Counted from the first letter of the stretch, positions 47,622-60,442 are shown. The stretch: DNA of 64,000 bases from Amoebophrya sp. A120 (GCA_905178155.1 CAJINV010000008.1:496001-560000); one strand, 5' to 3'. Program-made: numbers and translations. Notes: generated by a model from the letters alone, not told the origin.

Positions 47622-50132
47622 CTATATCGCTATTGTGACCGTGGTCTTTCGAATTCGGTGTGTGAGTAGCGCAAGAAACCGGTCCAGCACCGGAGCCGCG
47701 AGGTGATCGTAATGCTGTGCGGCAGTTTTTAGAATCACGCGAACCACGTCTTCCTGCTCTACGCCGAAAGACTCCATTTGGAGCGCGAGAGTAACCTGTG
47801 TTTGCATCAAGATCACAGTTCTGCTCTTGGAGAATACCACCTCAAAGAAGGGACTTGCTGAATCTCGATTATTCTTCTAAACGCATGCAATTCAAATATT
47901 TTTTCGAAAGGAATTTCCGTTATCAAAAAATGCCCTATGAATGTATACCACATCTTCGAGAATCGCTGGGCAGCTCTCCCACGGGTCTTCAGCACTTCTC
48001 TCTTGCACAGTGTCCGTGTCGTCCGCAGGCGTAGAAACAGCTTTCAACGACACAAATAAGCCGTTGTTTGATGCAGTATTTTTCTCCTCAGCGTGTCTTT
48101 TCGCAAACCACACTGCTCTCGCGTACTTTTGCCATGCGTCGCTGATCACCATCGCGGCCATCTCTTCCCAAAATGCCTCTTTGCTCCACAACGGCGCGTG
48201 GAATATCGCTTCTTGCACCCGGGTTCTCCTCCTCTTCGTCTCTATTCTGCCTTCCAGCACGGGGACAAAGACGTCGATGTGGCGAGAAAGGTTGACGACA
48301 TTAACCGCGAGCGCCGTGTCTATTGTTTTTGCTGCGTCAATCTGGTCGGTGGCCTGCTGAAAGATTGTGATCAGGAACTCCGATGGGGTTTTCGGAACTT
48401 CTTTTGTCGCAACAGCACCAGTACTGGTTGGCGATCTCGCGAGATCTGATGTCGCAGGCTGCGACAGGACATCAGGCAGTCCGGGATCGTGCGTCGCAAA
48501 AGCCCCGTAATCCAGAGCGCCGGGACTTTGTTGCTTAGCGTCTCCTTCTTCTTCTAGATCTGCGACTGACCAGCAAGGCATCTTTTCCTGCAGCAAAATC
48601 TCCTCCCGCAGCATTCCGAAAAATGCTCGACGAAGACCCGCGCTATTCCGCATGGCAGCCTGCAACATAGAAAACTTCTCCGAATCGAAACTGCTTTTCG
48701 TTTTCGGCGAGGCCGCATTTATTGATGTGTCATCTCGGGTGGAGAACAACATCTCAAAGCAGGCCGCAAGCAGCTGCGCGTTTTTCGTGTCTTTCTTGGC
48801 AGCCTCGTCATGGGTCGCGTTCTGCGGAGACGTGGAAGCAACAATATCGCTGGTCGCAAGAAGTCCGGAAAGGCTGTCTTGATCTTGCACCAGCGCGCGA
48901 TAAGGAACAAACCTGAAGTCCCGCTTTGTCGCGGCCAGGTATGCGCCAGGATTTACTGTTGCGCTGGGCGCGCTCGACGGTGATGACGGGTGGAGGGTCT
49001 GGCCAGTTTTAATATTGTTGTTTTTCTCCCTGTCGTGCTGGTCTTTTATGAACTTTTGCAGATCGCCGGCCGGGTTCACGTCTTCGCAGCACTTGAATAT
49101 CGTTTCGATATCATACTGCAGATTCCGCACGTAGCTGGTCTCATACACCATGAGCTTCATGCTGGCATCGCGGAAGCACTGCAGCTTTTTCTCTTCCATG
49201 TCCTGCAGCGCGTCCAAGATAGCGTTCATCTGCAGAAAGTACATGTCCTCTGCCTGCGAAGCTTCGACGGCCACACGCTTGAACTCGTCTTCGAAAATGA
49301 AGGCACGCTTTATCGCGTCGAACAAACTGCTCTGCTGGGCGTTTCGCTTCGCCGCCTGCGCATCGCTGTCGGTGTCGTCGGGCGAAGGTGCTGCAGTGAA
49401 AAGTGGAGGGGGGCTCCCCGACGTGGATGCGGAGAAGTAGTTCCCCAAACCAGAATGATTCAGACTTTGCCTGTGTTTCAGAAACAATTTTTCCGCGTTC
49501 CTGCTGGTCTCCTTAAACTTTTCGCGCAGAATGTCGTAATTGTGGTGCTTTGCTATGCGTAACTTTGTAACTCTGGCTGCGTCGACCGACATGTTTTGAT
49601 GCACAATGTGATGCTGCTGCAGCATGCTCTGCAGCATCAGCCCGACGTCCGTGCGGATCTGATCCGCGAGCGCCGTCCCCTGGTCCGCACGGTTCGCGAG
49701 CAGCGAGCGTATGGCGTCGTAGGCTTCCTCTATCGAGCTGATGCCAGCGTTAGGTGGAGACGACATTTCCGTTGTGCTAGTGCCACCGGCTGTTGAGGAC
49801 AAAGATACAGCTCCACCTTGGTCGGTCGTTGGCGTTGTTCCGGTCTTGGTCCTGGAATTTGCAACGAGAGTGCTCAATTCTTTTGCGTACCGGTCTTCCA
49901 TGTCCGCCACTTTTTGCATCAGGCTCGCGAAGTCTTCTAGAGTCTGACGAGTGTGGTTCCGCTTCAGTAACGTGTTTGCGTGCGCAAACATGTGCTTTCG
50001 GAAGCTGTAACTTGTCCGCTTGGCTCTCTGTCCCTCGTGCTCTCCGCCAATCTCCCCATTGGATAAGAAAGGTTCGCTACTGCTGGACTCTTTCGAGTCC
50101 CGCGGGGAGGATATGCTAAACTCCTGCGCCAT
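47622..50132 (-). CDS. F-BAR (FCH) domain protein
   Basis: LEDFASLMQKVADMEDRYAKELSTL and ILDALQDMEEKKLQCFRD...VNPAGDLQKFI. The C-terminus has IFHAPLWSKEAFWEE (SBF-like). Confidence 0.75.
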
Positions 50133-51064
50133 TTTTTTTTGCTCGTGCTCGTTCTAGTATGTGTGCGTAAAGAGTAAAGCCATCGCGTTGAGACGGTATA
50201 CTTGGTCGGAGACAGAGACGAAAAATCTTGTCCACAAACTCGAACCTGGAATGTGAAAGTCTTCTAGATCTAGACTTCAGATCTTTACTCTTACCCGTGC
50301 AAGCGACACAAATGCGCCGCGTGTATAAGATCGTGCTTCGGCGACCTTCAGTCGAACTTGCAGATGGAGTCTGAGCGTAGACCTACTGCACAGAAATGAA
50401 AATCACACGCAATGAAGAAGCCGGAGCTGCGCCACGATTGCATTCGATCCCCCATCGTTTCTTGCGAAAATAGATCGGCAGTCTGCGATGAAACGACTGC
50501 GATGACAGAGATCCGATCACCATGCATCACCATCATCTCGCGGATCGTAAAAATAAATAAGCACCAACTGCAAGAATAGAAACCGGTGAAATTTCGACGA
50601 ACACAAAGAATACAGACCCATTGGGCGGACACGAATGCAGCTGGCAACAATCGTCCACGAGAAGGGGAAGCATGTCTTCAGAACTACTTTCCCACGTCTT
50701 TGCCTGCAAGGGGCGCAGGCTTGTACAAACCTTGTCAAACAAAAAACTATACAATGTCCCTGTGATTCAACAAGCTGCCAAGACATATATATTGCCCAGG
50801 ATCTGATCATTCCCATTGTGAATTCTAACTAACAGCAAATGTTTCATCCGGGGTTCTTGCACTTTGAATCCAAAACCTTACCAGAATCGGTGTGACAACG
50901 AAGTCCGTCTAAAAAAAAGCAAAAAGCGTGATATTTGAAATTGGTGTTTGTAAGTAAGACAGTTTTGTTCCTTCTAGCGGTAGCGGTGGAGCCCGACCAC
51001 CATATGGAAAAGCAAAAGCGTGCTGTGCGAACTTTCACATTAGCACTGTTTCATGCACTGTAGG

Positions 51065-52514
51065 TCATTGCGACTGCGGTGGTGGCGCGTTTTGAGCAGC
51101 ATCTGGTGGAGGTGGAGTTTCGGCGCCGTTGTGCCAGAAAAAATAGTAGCCGAGCAGCAGTGCGAGTACTACGGCGCCTCCGATCATGATCGATACCTTG
51201 GTGTCTTTCCACCAGAAATACTCGCGCACTTCGCGGCTCTTCTCCTTGTATTCCATCGCAGTTACTTCCATCGCCTGCGGTTTATTTCATTTTCATCTTG
51301 ATACAATGCCTCGCTACTTTTAACAGTACGTAGCCACAACTGCAGCATCATGCTGTTCCCATAACTGTACAAAAAGTAGCCGAGAATAAACAAAATTGAA
51401 ATTCAAATAGATACTTCAGCGTCTTCCTGAAGGTTGTCGAGCCGCTCTGTATTTTGTATCACTTCTCGTATGTTTTCTTTGAGCAATCCCTTGACCCCCT
51501 CGGTTTTCTGCTGCATCCGCGCGAGCTTGTCCACTTCTTCGGGCCGCTCGTACCTGTCGAGGAGTCTGCGCAGCTCGAGCTGGACTTTTTCGTTGTTGAG
51601 AGAGTTCTTTTCGGTGAAATCGTCGTCTATCGCGTAGTTTGCTTCGATGAAACGCGACAACTCCGTGAGCAGCTCGTAGGTGATGCGGTCCGGGTAGTCT
51701 TTCGAGCAACAGACGACCCCGTATAGCATGTCGCCCGCTGGGTAGGACATCAAAATCGAGATTGTCGAATCCTGCCAGATGAGACGCTGCCGCTATCTAA
51801 TGCAAAAATGTCTGGGTCTGGAATGTTGCCGGGTTTGTCATGCATGTTTTGCATGACCCAGGATGTCTGTAATGCATGACCTAGCATCACAGATCTTTAG
51901 AGGGCTTCCTGATGCCTATTCCGCATGACAAATGCCCTCCCCGCGTAGCACAAACTAGACTCCTCTTGCTGATCATGCAAGAATACAGATTTTTTTAGAA
52001 TCCAAAGTTAGCATCACAAGCTTCAACCTTCCAGCCCCAGACATTTTTGCATTCGATAGCCGCTGCCCTGGCACCAGCCGGTGTTTGGACGCCGTGAGGA
52101 TCTGTTCGAACGTCTTTGCGGTATCTGTCTCGCTCCTATCGAATGTAAAAATGTCTGGGTCTGGAAACTTGTGATGCTGGGTGGCGGCTCATGATGAGGC
52201 TACGAATACTGGCTCAGCATGACAAGTTTCTGAGCTCCTAGGTGTTGCCTATTCTGCATGACAAACTACGGCTCTGCATCACAGAAAAACGGAGCTCTTG
52301 GGTAACGTGCATGACAGATTTAAGAGTCATGCCAGACAAGCATGACAAACATGAATTCTTCCAGACCCAGACACTTTTACGGTTGATAGCTCCCGCTGAA
52401 CTCCGGGTGGCACAAGGATGCGAGCAGCACAGCACCTGTCTTACTGTTGCCTCCCCGGACGCGGCCACAACCGACGTACACGAGGTTTATCGGATTGCCT
52501 CCCGCTACTTCCAT
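51065..52514 (-). CDS. Longin R-SNARE (VAMP7-like)
   Basis: Longin segment (NLVYVGCGR, YGVVCCSKDYPDRITYELL), R-SNARE motif (VKGLLKENIREVIQNTERLDNL), WWKD plus a TM segment. The frame is restored by removing two TIR introns. Confidence 0.85.
51794..52058. mobile_element. TIR introner, family F; TSD GCCGC
   Basis: TIRs tatctaatgcaaaaatgtctggg...cccagacatttttgcattcgata. Removal restores LVPGQRQRLIWQD. Confidence 0.9.
52137..52388. mobile_element. TIR introner, family F; TSD GCTCC
   Basis: TIR core tgtctgggtctggaa. Removal restores PEFSGSETDTAKTF. Confidence 0.9.
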
Positions 52515-53441
52515 GATGAGATGGCGACACCAGCAGCAGGGCACTTCACATCAACACCGGCGCTGGCCTCATCAAGGTGTGTTCACCGTGTCCAAAAAAC
52601 TCGCTGTCGTTCCAATGCCATCTTTTGCTTTTTCTGTACTCGCAGGGTGTCTTGAAAAAAAACCGCGATCACGGGTCCCCACACAAGTATGCTCGGCGGG
52701 GACGGTACTACGCAGGCATTCAATATTTTTTAAGTGTAATAGTAGACCCAGCTGTTGCTGCTGCTGCAGTTTCTACTTTATAAAAAAAAAACTGCGAGGG
52801 GATGCGCGCAAAATCGAGGACCAAATATCGTTTAAAAAGGACACAAAACGGAAGAGCTTTCCTCCGCCAGGCTGCAGTTCTTTTGAAACGTAATACGACG
52901 AGAAAGATGGAACAAATGTTCTTTTTCCCAGACGATGCACTGCTCCTTCTTCGTGACGTACTCCACAAACGTGACGAACCTCAAAGTAGAAACCGAATTG
53001 ACATTAAGCATGATTTTACACAAGTTCGATCTTTAGTTCGAGGTCATTTCTACTTTGGCTTTGCTAGGGATGCATTGCTCAACATTTAGAATTAGACGCT
53101 TCTTTCATAATTGCAATAGTTGTAACCTGGACTAGTTCAGCTGTAGAATGGCGAATTATTAATCTAGCGAAACAAGTTGAATTTGAAACGAAAAAGCGTA
53201 TCTGATCATACCGTGGATGAAGCCTCAAAGTAATTCTTAAAAAAGAAACCGGAGTTCCGTAGATCAGGAAGCACAGCGAAGCGCACGATATGCTATGCCG
53301 CCTTGTGAAAAATCATCTACATACAAGGAGAGAAACCATCGGAAACAGTTCGCAAATAGACGTATTTGAATTTGTGTGTGTCACTGAGTTCATTCGTTTT
53401 TCATTGTTGACGACTAAAGGTAATGTCACGATTAGACCAAT

Positions 53442-56400
53442 TCACATTTTTTTCCCCGCGGCGCCGGTAGACATCGTGGAAACCTGGAACGTTGGCATCG
53501 TTGACATTACTTTAGCATTTCGCTGCGATCGCGTATACTCGTCGACAGCGTAGGACCCGGGGCCTGGAATGTCCCGGTCCACTTTCCCAATCCAAGTAGG
53601 CACATTCGATCCACTCTGCGACTGGTGGTAGAGAGTAACGTCGGCGCTGTGAAGGAGCGTGGGAAAATTCATTTGCTCCACCTTGAAATGAAAGTCTAGC
53701 TTTCTTGATCATGGGTTTTTTTACGCGACACACACCAGGTATCAAAAAAGCGGACATGGTACTAACATTTTTCGCGATCGCGTTCTCTGCGAGACGAACC
53801 ATAGTTGCATCACGAAAGTTTGCTTGCTTACGATTTTCCCATGTTTGCGACGTGATTCAGTTTGAAATTTCCCGACACGTTGTAAGTTCCAGGGCCTATC
53901 AAATGTAAAAATGTCTGGGTCTGGAAGATTGGAACTCGTGATGCTAACTTTGGACTCTAGAAAAATCTGTATTGCATGACCAGCAAGAGGGGTCTAGTTT
54001 GTGCTACGCGGGGACGAGGGCGTTTGTCATGCGGAGGAGGCATCAGGAAGCCAGCTCAAAATCTGTGATGCGCGGTCGTGCATTACAGACATCCTGGGTC
54101 ATGCAAAACATGCATGACAAATCGCAGAATCTTCCAGACCCAGACATTTTTACAGTTGATAGGGCCGGGCTTGTCCCGATTTCTTTTCAGCGCCTGGTCC
54201 GCGAAGGATCCACCGCTGTGACGCGTTCCTAGTGACATCGGCTTATCGGCCAGAGTTTTTTCTCCCGAAGGCAGAATCCGTGGGTCATACGAACCGGGAG
54301 GCGGGTTATCCCTCGCACGGGCAACCTGGTTCAAGCCATTCGTTTCATTAAATCAAAAGCAATTGTTCAGCAATGTGCTGCAGCATCATGCGACACTGGA
54401 ATCTTCTTTCACACTTGGCAATTTCAGAACCAACACTCAGCCTCTGCGGAAAGCGTACCTGAGCTGCTATGGATCCCTCTACCGGTTTCAGCTGTTTTGG
54501 TTCTGGGATCTTCCCAACACCTTGCGACGAAAGCGTTCCTGGAATGTCGTACGCTCCAGGCCCGGGCTCGACATGACGAATGTTCAGTCCCTTTACGCTC
54601 GCAGACTTCGCATCTTGCAGACCTAAAGACCAAGACGTAAAAATGGTGCAGCTCGTCGTGCATTTCGCAGCACGTCAACCGCCGAACACACTAGCTACTA
54701 CTTCATACTAGCCACATCACAGAAGACATCACATCAACATCATGAAAAAGCAGTCAGGTTTAATTAATGCTGAATTATGGTTGGGCGTTTGTGCTTACTT
54801 TTCGAGAATCCTTGTCGCACTGTAAAAAAATTGATACGACTGCGCTGTCTCCGTTGCTCCAGAAGCTGTTTTTTCAGGTGCATCAAGCTGTCAATCCGAG
54901 TTTGCTGTTCGGCGATCTGCTCGCCGACCTTTTCGCGGCGGTGCATGTCGATGCGCTGCATTCGCTCCCGCCGTTCCACAGCGTCCACAATCTTTAAGTG
55001 ATCCGCCTCGTGCCGGACCATGTTTTGCTTGCGCTCCTCCGCCTTTCGCTCCTCGAAGGCGTCGAGCTTTTCGTCGTACCGCAGCGCGAAATGTTCCGCC
55101 TTGATTTCGTTCTGCAACTGCTCTTCCAGCTGCCGCTGCTGAATGAGCTCCTGCCGCTGTTGCCACTGCTCGGACTTCACGGCCTGCTCGATCTGCTTCT
55201 GCTGCTGCCACTCGCGAACCCGAATCTCGTCCTCAAACTGCACAGCTAGGATTTGCGCTTGTCGCGCCTTCTCGTACTCCTCCAGTCCAGACTTCACCTG
55301 TTTGGTCTGTTCCTGCTTTTGCAATACGCGCTGCCGTATCTCGGCGGCCTCGTGCAGCCGCTTCTGTTCCGCAATCTGCCTCTTCTGCAAGCGGACGTGC
55401 TCGCGCTCGCGCACCTGCTTCTCTCGGAGCAGCTGCTCCTCGTTCTCCCGTTCGACCGCTGCGTGAAGGCGAACCTCTTGCCTGTTTGTGGGGTGCGGAA
55501 AAGAAGTACCTCTACTTTATTCAATGCACCTAGTAGTGGTAACAGAGCACAAGCTTTAGTTTACTTGACTGCTAAGCGCGAGAAAGACGTTTTCGTTTTC
55601 AGTATGCATGCGATGAAATGCAACTCCAACTTCATCTTCTGCTTACGCCGACATACACGTACGCACCGTCGTAGAGGTATACTAACTTTCAGCCCTAAAG
55701 ACAAAACAAAATACTTCAATTTTTTCGCCAGCCGTTTTGCTTCCTGATCGAGAATATCTTCCATGAGCTGTAGAGAGTAGAAATTTCCGCTCTCCGGTGC
55801 GCCCAGTTTTTCGAATTCTCGCGCGATGATTTTTGACCTCGCTTCCAACACCAGGCGCAGCTTTTCCTGGCGTTTCGTTTCGAAATGCTGAAAACGGATT
55901 CTCATTTTCTCCTTGGAATCGCTGCCCTTGTCCGCGACCTTCGCGAAATCCGTCACCTGCCGGATGTGTAGCTCGCTGGGCACGATCCCGAGCTCCTTGC
56001 AGGCCTGCAGCGTTCTCGGCGTGGACAGCATCTTTTTCAAATTTGCGTTCTCGACGCTCTGTGCCAACTGGATCTGGTCGAACTGGGGCGAGCGCTGCGT
56101 GGTCATGATGTCCGTGGAGGAGGATGAGTTTACCGTCGCCTGAAACCGGTCTTGTTGCTGCTGCGCCGCCGTGGGCGGCCCGGTCGGCAGATCATCTTGC
56201 GGCGTGAAATTGGACCAGGTGTGGTTGTTGATACCCGTGCCGGTGTCCTCGTGCAGAAAGCCCTCCTGGAGCGTTGCTGACTGCTTTCCGAGAATCTTCT
56301 GGAGCACGGCATCCGCTGGGTCCATCGGCTGGGTTTGCGAGGAGGTCAGTGCTGTTGCCTGCGCAGAGGAACGTGACGTGGTTCCGTGCGGTTGCGCCGA

Positions 56401-57137
56401 GGAAGAAGACGACGCAGTCTGCGCAACAGAAGGGTGCTGGCTCGATGCCGGTTGTTGGCTTAAATGCTGCGACGAGGATGCCTGCTGCTCCGCTTCTTCG
56501 ATCAAGGTAGTGAAAGAGTCGCTGCGTCGCATCGTGCTGCGCATGTGGTCCGGGTCGAGCTTCGCGGACCGCTGCAGCTTGGCCCTCGCTTGCTCACTGC
56601 TCGCGCTCGATGCCGCTTTCGTTTGCTCCGCTTCTTTCCGCATTTGCTTCTTTTGCTCACCCAGCAGATGCAAGTTGTGTTCCTTCCGCTCGGTACTTAC
56701 CTACACAAGTAAGGCGTGAAAACGGTCAGCCACCACTGTATCAACAAGAACGCGAAGTAACTTAAGTTATCTTCTTCACGCCTCTGTCTTCTTGTCGAGA
56801 CGCTGTGAGCAGAAAACGAAATTAATTCATTTAGCTGGTCAAAAAAAGAGACCATCAAGAATACCTGCTGCAGCAACGCACGGTGTCTCGCCAGACTCGC
56901 GGAAAGCGGTCGCTCTTCTTCGCTGACGCTGGTGGTGGCGAAGTTTTCGGTGCTGCTGTGATCCCGGCTCGGCTCCGCGGTACTGATGTTGTGCGAATCC
57001 TGCTGGAAAGCGAGGTCGACGACAATTTTGCCCGTGGGCAACTTGTCTTTCGCTTCGACCAGCGGCATAACCGCATCGGCCTCCAGTCGTTCCAGAAACT
57101 TTTCCGACATGTTGTCCAAGTCGTCTGCTACGCCCAT
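53442..57137 (-). CDS. Coiled-coil protein (CCDC177/DUF4659-like segment) with C-terminal SHIPPO/ODF3-type PGPGxY repeats; one gene or two adjacent genes
   Basis: STPRTLQACKELGIVPSEL...RFQHFETKRQ, an E/Q/R-rich coiled coil at 54764..55414, and repeats PGPGAY, PPPGSY, PGPGTY and PGPGSY. Confidence 0.6.
53897..54161. mobile_element. TIR introner, family F (inverted relative to 51794-52058); TSD GGGCC
   Basis: Same length (265 bp) and reverse-complement homology to 51794-52058. Removal restores the motif KPGPGTYNV. Confidence 0.9.
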
Positions 57138-57714
57138 GCTGCGTTCGCTGCCTCACATCGATGTGTGACCTAAAACGTTACTGTAATGTTGGTTTCGCGT
57201 TTGCCGACAGAGCCGTGGTCGGGCACAGATAAATTTTCTTGTTTGCTCTTCCATGAATTTCGCGAAAGCTCTATACACAACGACCACGAAAACGAACGAT
57301 ACGCACTAGCAAAGTCGGTTCTCGCCCTCTCCTCGTCATACGTCTCGTCCTGTCTCACTCAACCGAAACGACCAGAGCAAAAATCCTTAGAATGTCGAAC
57401 GAACCACAAACGACGATGTCTGGAGCTAATCGCCCGTCTTGCAATCGTAAGAACACTCACGGCGAAGACAAAGAGGTAGCGTAGAGCAGCCGTGTATCCC
57501 GAGGACTGCCATGCATACCCAAAGGAATACAACGCGAAAATCTTATACCTGAAGCTTCTGAAGAACAAAGGAGCAGCGCAGAAAGTTTCTCACTCTGAAC
57601 TGATCGAGCCGGTTGCATCGATGTGAAAAGTTGATCGCGCTCAGTGAAAAGTCCGGCAGCACCATTCCTCGGTATGCACCTGAATACCCTTTCCCGAGTC
57701 CTCACCTAAACGCG

Positions 57715-60165
57715 ACCGGAACATCCATCGAACCCGGCGAAATCCGATAGGCCGACGGCGTGAGCTACCGCGCCCCCTTGCCCATCGCGCCCGTCGCTTC
57801 CCCTGCTCAGACAGCCCGCGCCCAAACCGCGGCGCCGCCCCGGGCGCGCCCTTAGTTATCTGAAGCACACGGAGCGAGCGGGATGGGGCCTGACACGTCA
57901 ACCCATCGCCCCCCTCCGGCCCCATTCTTGCCGGAGTGGGGCCAGCTGCTCGGGCGCGCGGCCCTACGCGGCACGCTAGACAACACGGCAGCAATCGTCT
58001 GGCGCCCTGCCAGATACGCGCCCTCCTTCTTTCTCTGTGCTTCTGGGCCCGCGCTATCATGCACATCCAGCAAGAGGGCCCGCCCCATATTCACAAGACG
58101 CCAAGCACTCCCATCCGATTGGCCCCGCACCTCCGACCCCTCCGCGCACTGCTTCAAACCAGGCGCCGGCATGCGTAGCGCAACAGGGGCCGGAAATGCC
58201 AAAAGAAAAAAGAAGACTAGACCCCTGGCCCCGCCCCGGCGGCCCGGGGCGGCGTTAGCAGGCGAAGCACAACACGAGCCAAAACCCGCGAAACAGGGAA
58301 GCGGAAAAAACGAGACGCAAGGCGGCCCGGAAACGCAAGAGGGCCCGAACCACATACCTCCGTAGCCGGGTGGACCTTCCCCCGAAGCAGCCGGGCAGCC
58401 TGCTGCCCTAAGCAGCCCAGGAAGAGGCCGGCGGCGCCGTCCTTCGCAGCTGCAAGCAACAGGGGGCACCCCGCCCGTAAATACCCGGCGGCCACGGCGC
58501 GCATAAGGTGACGCGTGTTGCCAGCGGGCCCGACGTACACCCGCCTGCTCATTGCGGCGCTCCTCATATTGTGGGGAGGCCCGCCCCGGGCGGGCAATGG
58601 CCGCCGGCCGGCGTCGCTGCAATGCTGCCCCTGTGCCGTGGCCCGGGGGGTATCTGCCCGCTTCAGGAGCTCCGCGGGCATGGGCGCAACGCCTGCAAAC
58701 CCTCTGCCCGTGGCGGCGCGCGCGCCCGGCAGAACATGGCGCCGGGCACCATCACACACAACGCGCGGAGCCCTCGCAACGAGGCCGAACGCCCTGCCAA
58801 GCTGAAAGGCCCGCCCGCCTGTCTCCCAAACGCCCGGCCTTCCCTGATCTCCTCCAAAGCTGTGTCGATTTGGTGCTGCAGGCCCACAGCCCTTGCACGC
58901 CGAGGACTTTTTTATGTCCGTCTCTGCCACGTTGCTTGGGCCCTTTGTTTAGGCCCCTGAGGAGACGCACTCCCGTCCCCTTGCAGAAACTTTCCTCCGT
59001 TTCTCCGCAGTAGTTCCAGCCCTAAAAGGGGCCGCCTGGGCGACGCACACTCCCCGGCCCCGCCGGCGGGCTCCGCGGAGGAGCTCCGGCCCGGGCTACG
59101 CCGGACCGCGTCCCCTATCCCCAACCGCGCGCCCACCCCGGCCCCGGCGGGATGGGGACGAAAAGGGGGCGCCGCGGCGCGAGCCCAATTGCACGGCGCT
59201 AGCGCCCTTGGGAGTGTCCGCGGCCCCAAAACGCCCGAAGGCGGGCGCCTATTCCGAAAGCCCTGCCGGCAAAGCCCTGCGGGCCAGCTGGCCCGCCGGC
59301 GAAAGCGCGCCGGCCAAGAGCTTCGCGCCCGCCAACACGCAGACCGGCGCTAGAGAAGTGCCCAAGGAGGGGCGCCGCACGCCGCGGCCTGGAGGTCGCC
59401 GACCAACCCGCTCGCCGTCGGCACTGTGCCGCCCGCCCTTTCCATTCGGGCGGGCGGGCTCCTACCAATCGGGGCGCCTTGTCGCGAGTCGCATGGCTGG
59501 CCCCCAGCTCGTAAGCGGCTCCGAACTGTCGCGCGAGAGGCATCGGAAAGGCCCGGCGGGTAACCGCCCACCCTAGCAGCCATCAGGCCCTGGCAGATTG
59601 CTGGCGCCTCCCGCCGAGTGGTTGCCTACCCACTAACTATGGCAGGACTCCGGTCGCGGCCGCCTGCCGTTCCGGAACCAGGGCGAACGGGCTGCGCCCC
59701 TCGGCCCCCTCTCCTTGCCTGCTTGCTTGCCGGAAGCACTTGCGGCCCCGGGCCGCGACGCTCCATTATGGCAGGAAGCGCGGGCTGGGCTTCTGCGCGG
59801 CCAAAACCTCTGCGCGCGGTGGCCGCCTGCGGGATCCATCAGCCACGCCACTGGCCCTGGCCCCGCGTTCTCGTCTGCTTCCTTCGCCATGGCGCGCACC
59901 CCGGTACCACAAAGCTCGCCGGGGCGCCAGGGCCTTCTCTCGGCCTTTCTCCCAACCCGTTCCTACACGGACGCCCACGGACCCATAACATGGCCCGGGT
60001 GCCGGGTGCCGCGCCCCGGGTGCCGGCTGCCGCGCCCCGGCTCAGCCTGCTGGCCTCCGGCGCGGTACGAGTGGGCGCTCTTGGCATTTCGGCGGCCACG
60101 CTGCTGGTGGGGGAGGCTGAGACGGAGACCTTCAGGTCGTCAGGAAAAAACAACAAAACCAAAAG
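57715..60165. other. GC-rich ~2.4-kb block without coherent ORF; probable degenerate mobile or foreign DNA
   Basis: Abrupt shift to very G/C-rich sequence relative to the flanks, only low-complexity R/A/P/G ORFs, and an A-rich tract at 60145-60164. Confidence 0.45.
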
Positions 60166-60442
60166 CTACTCGAGCGCAAAAAAATAAGGAACACTATGCT
60201 TCTGAATACAAGTCGGACTATCGAATTTTCCCGAAATTCGGCGCGTCCGAGAGATGAAGGCACGAATCACATGACATCCTACTTTCTCGAAGCAACTTTC
60301 GGAATAAATCTCAACAACTGTATTCGCACGAGGGTCCGAGCGCAGGACCTCGGTCATATCAATGACTTCAATTTCAATATTGTCGTGCTGCATAGACAAT
60401 CATGCGCAAGACAAGAGCAAGACAAGAAGCTAGCTCTCCGAA

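Noticed and set aside
57852-58622. Tyrosine recombinase-like HSGKNGA...GRW and other retroelement-like peptides
   Set aside because: Spacing is wrong and the surrounding ORF is low complexity; insufficient to call DIRS or RT.
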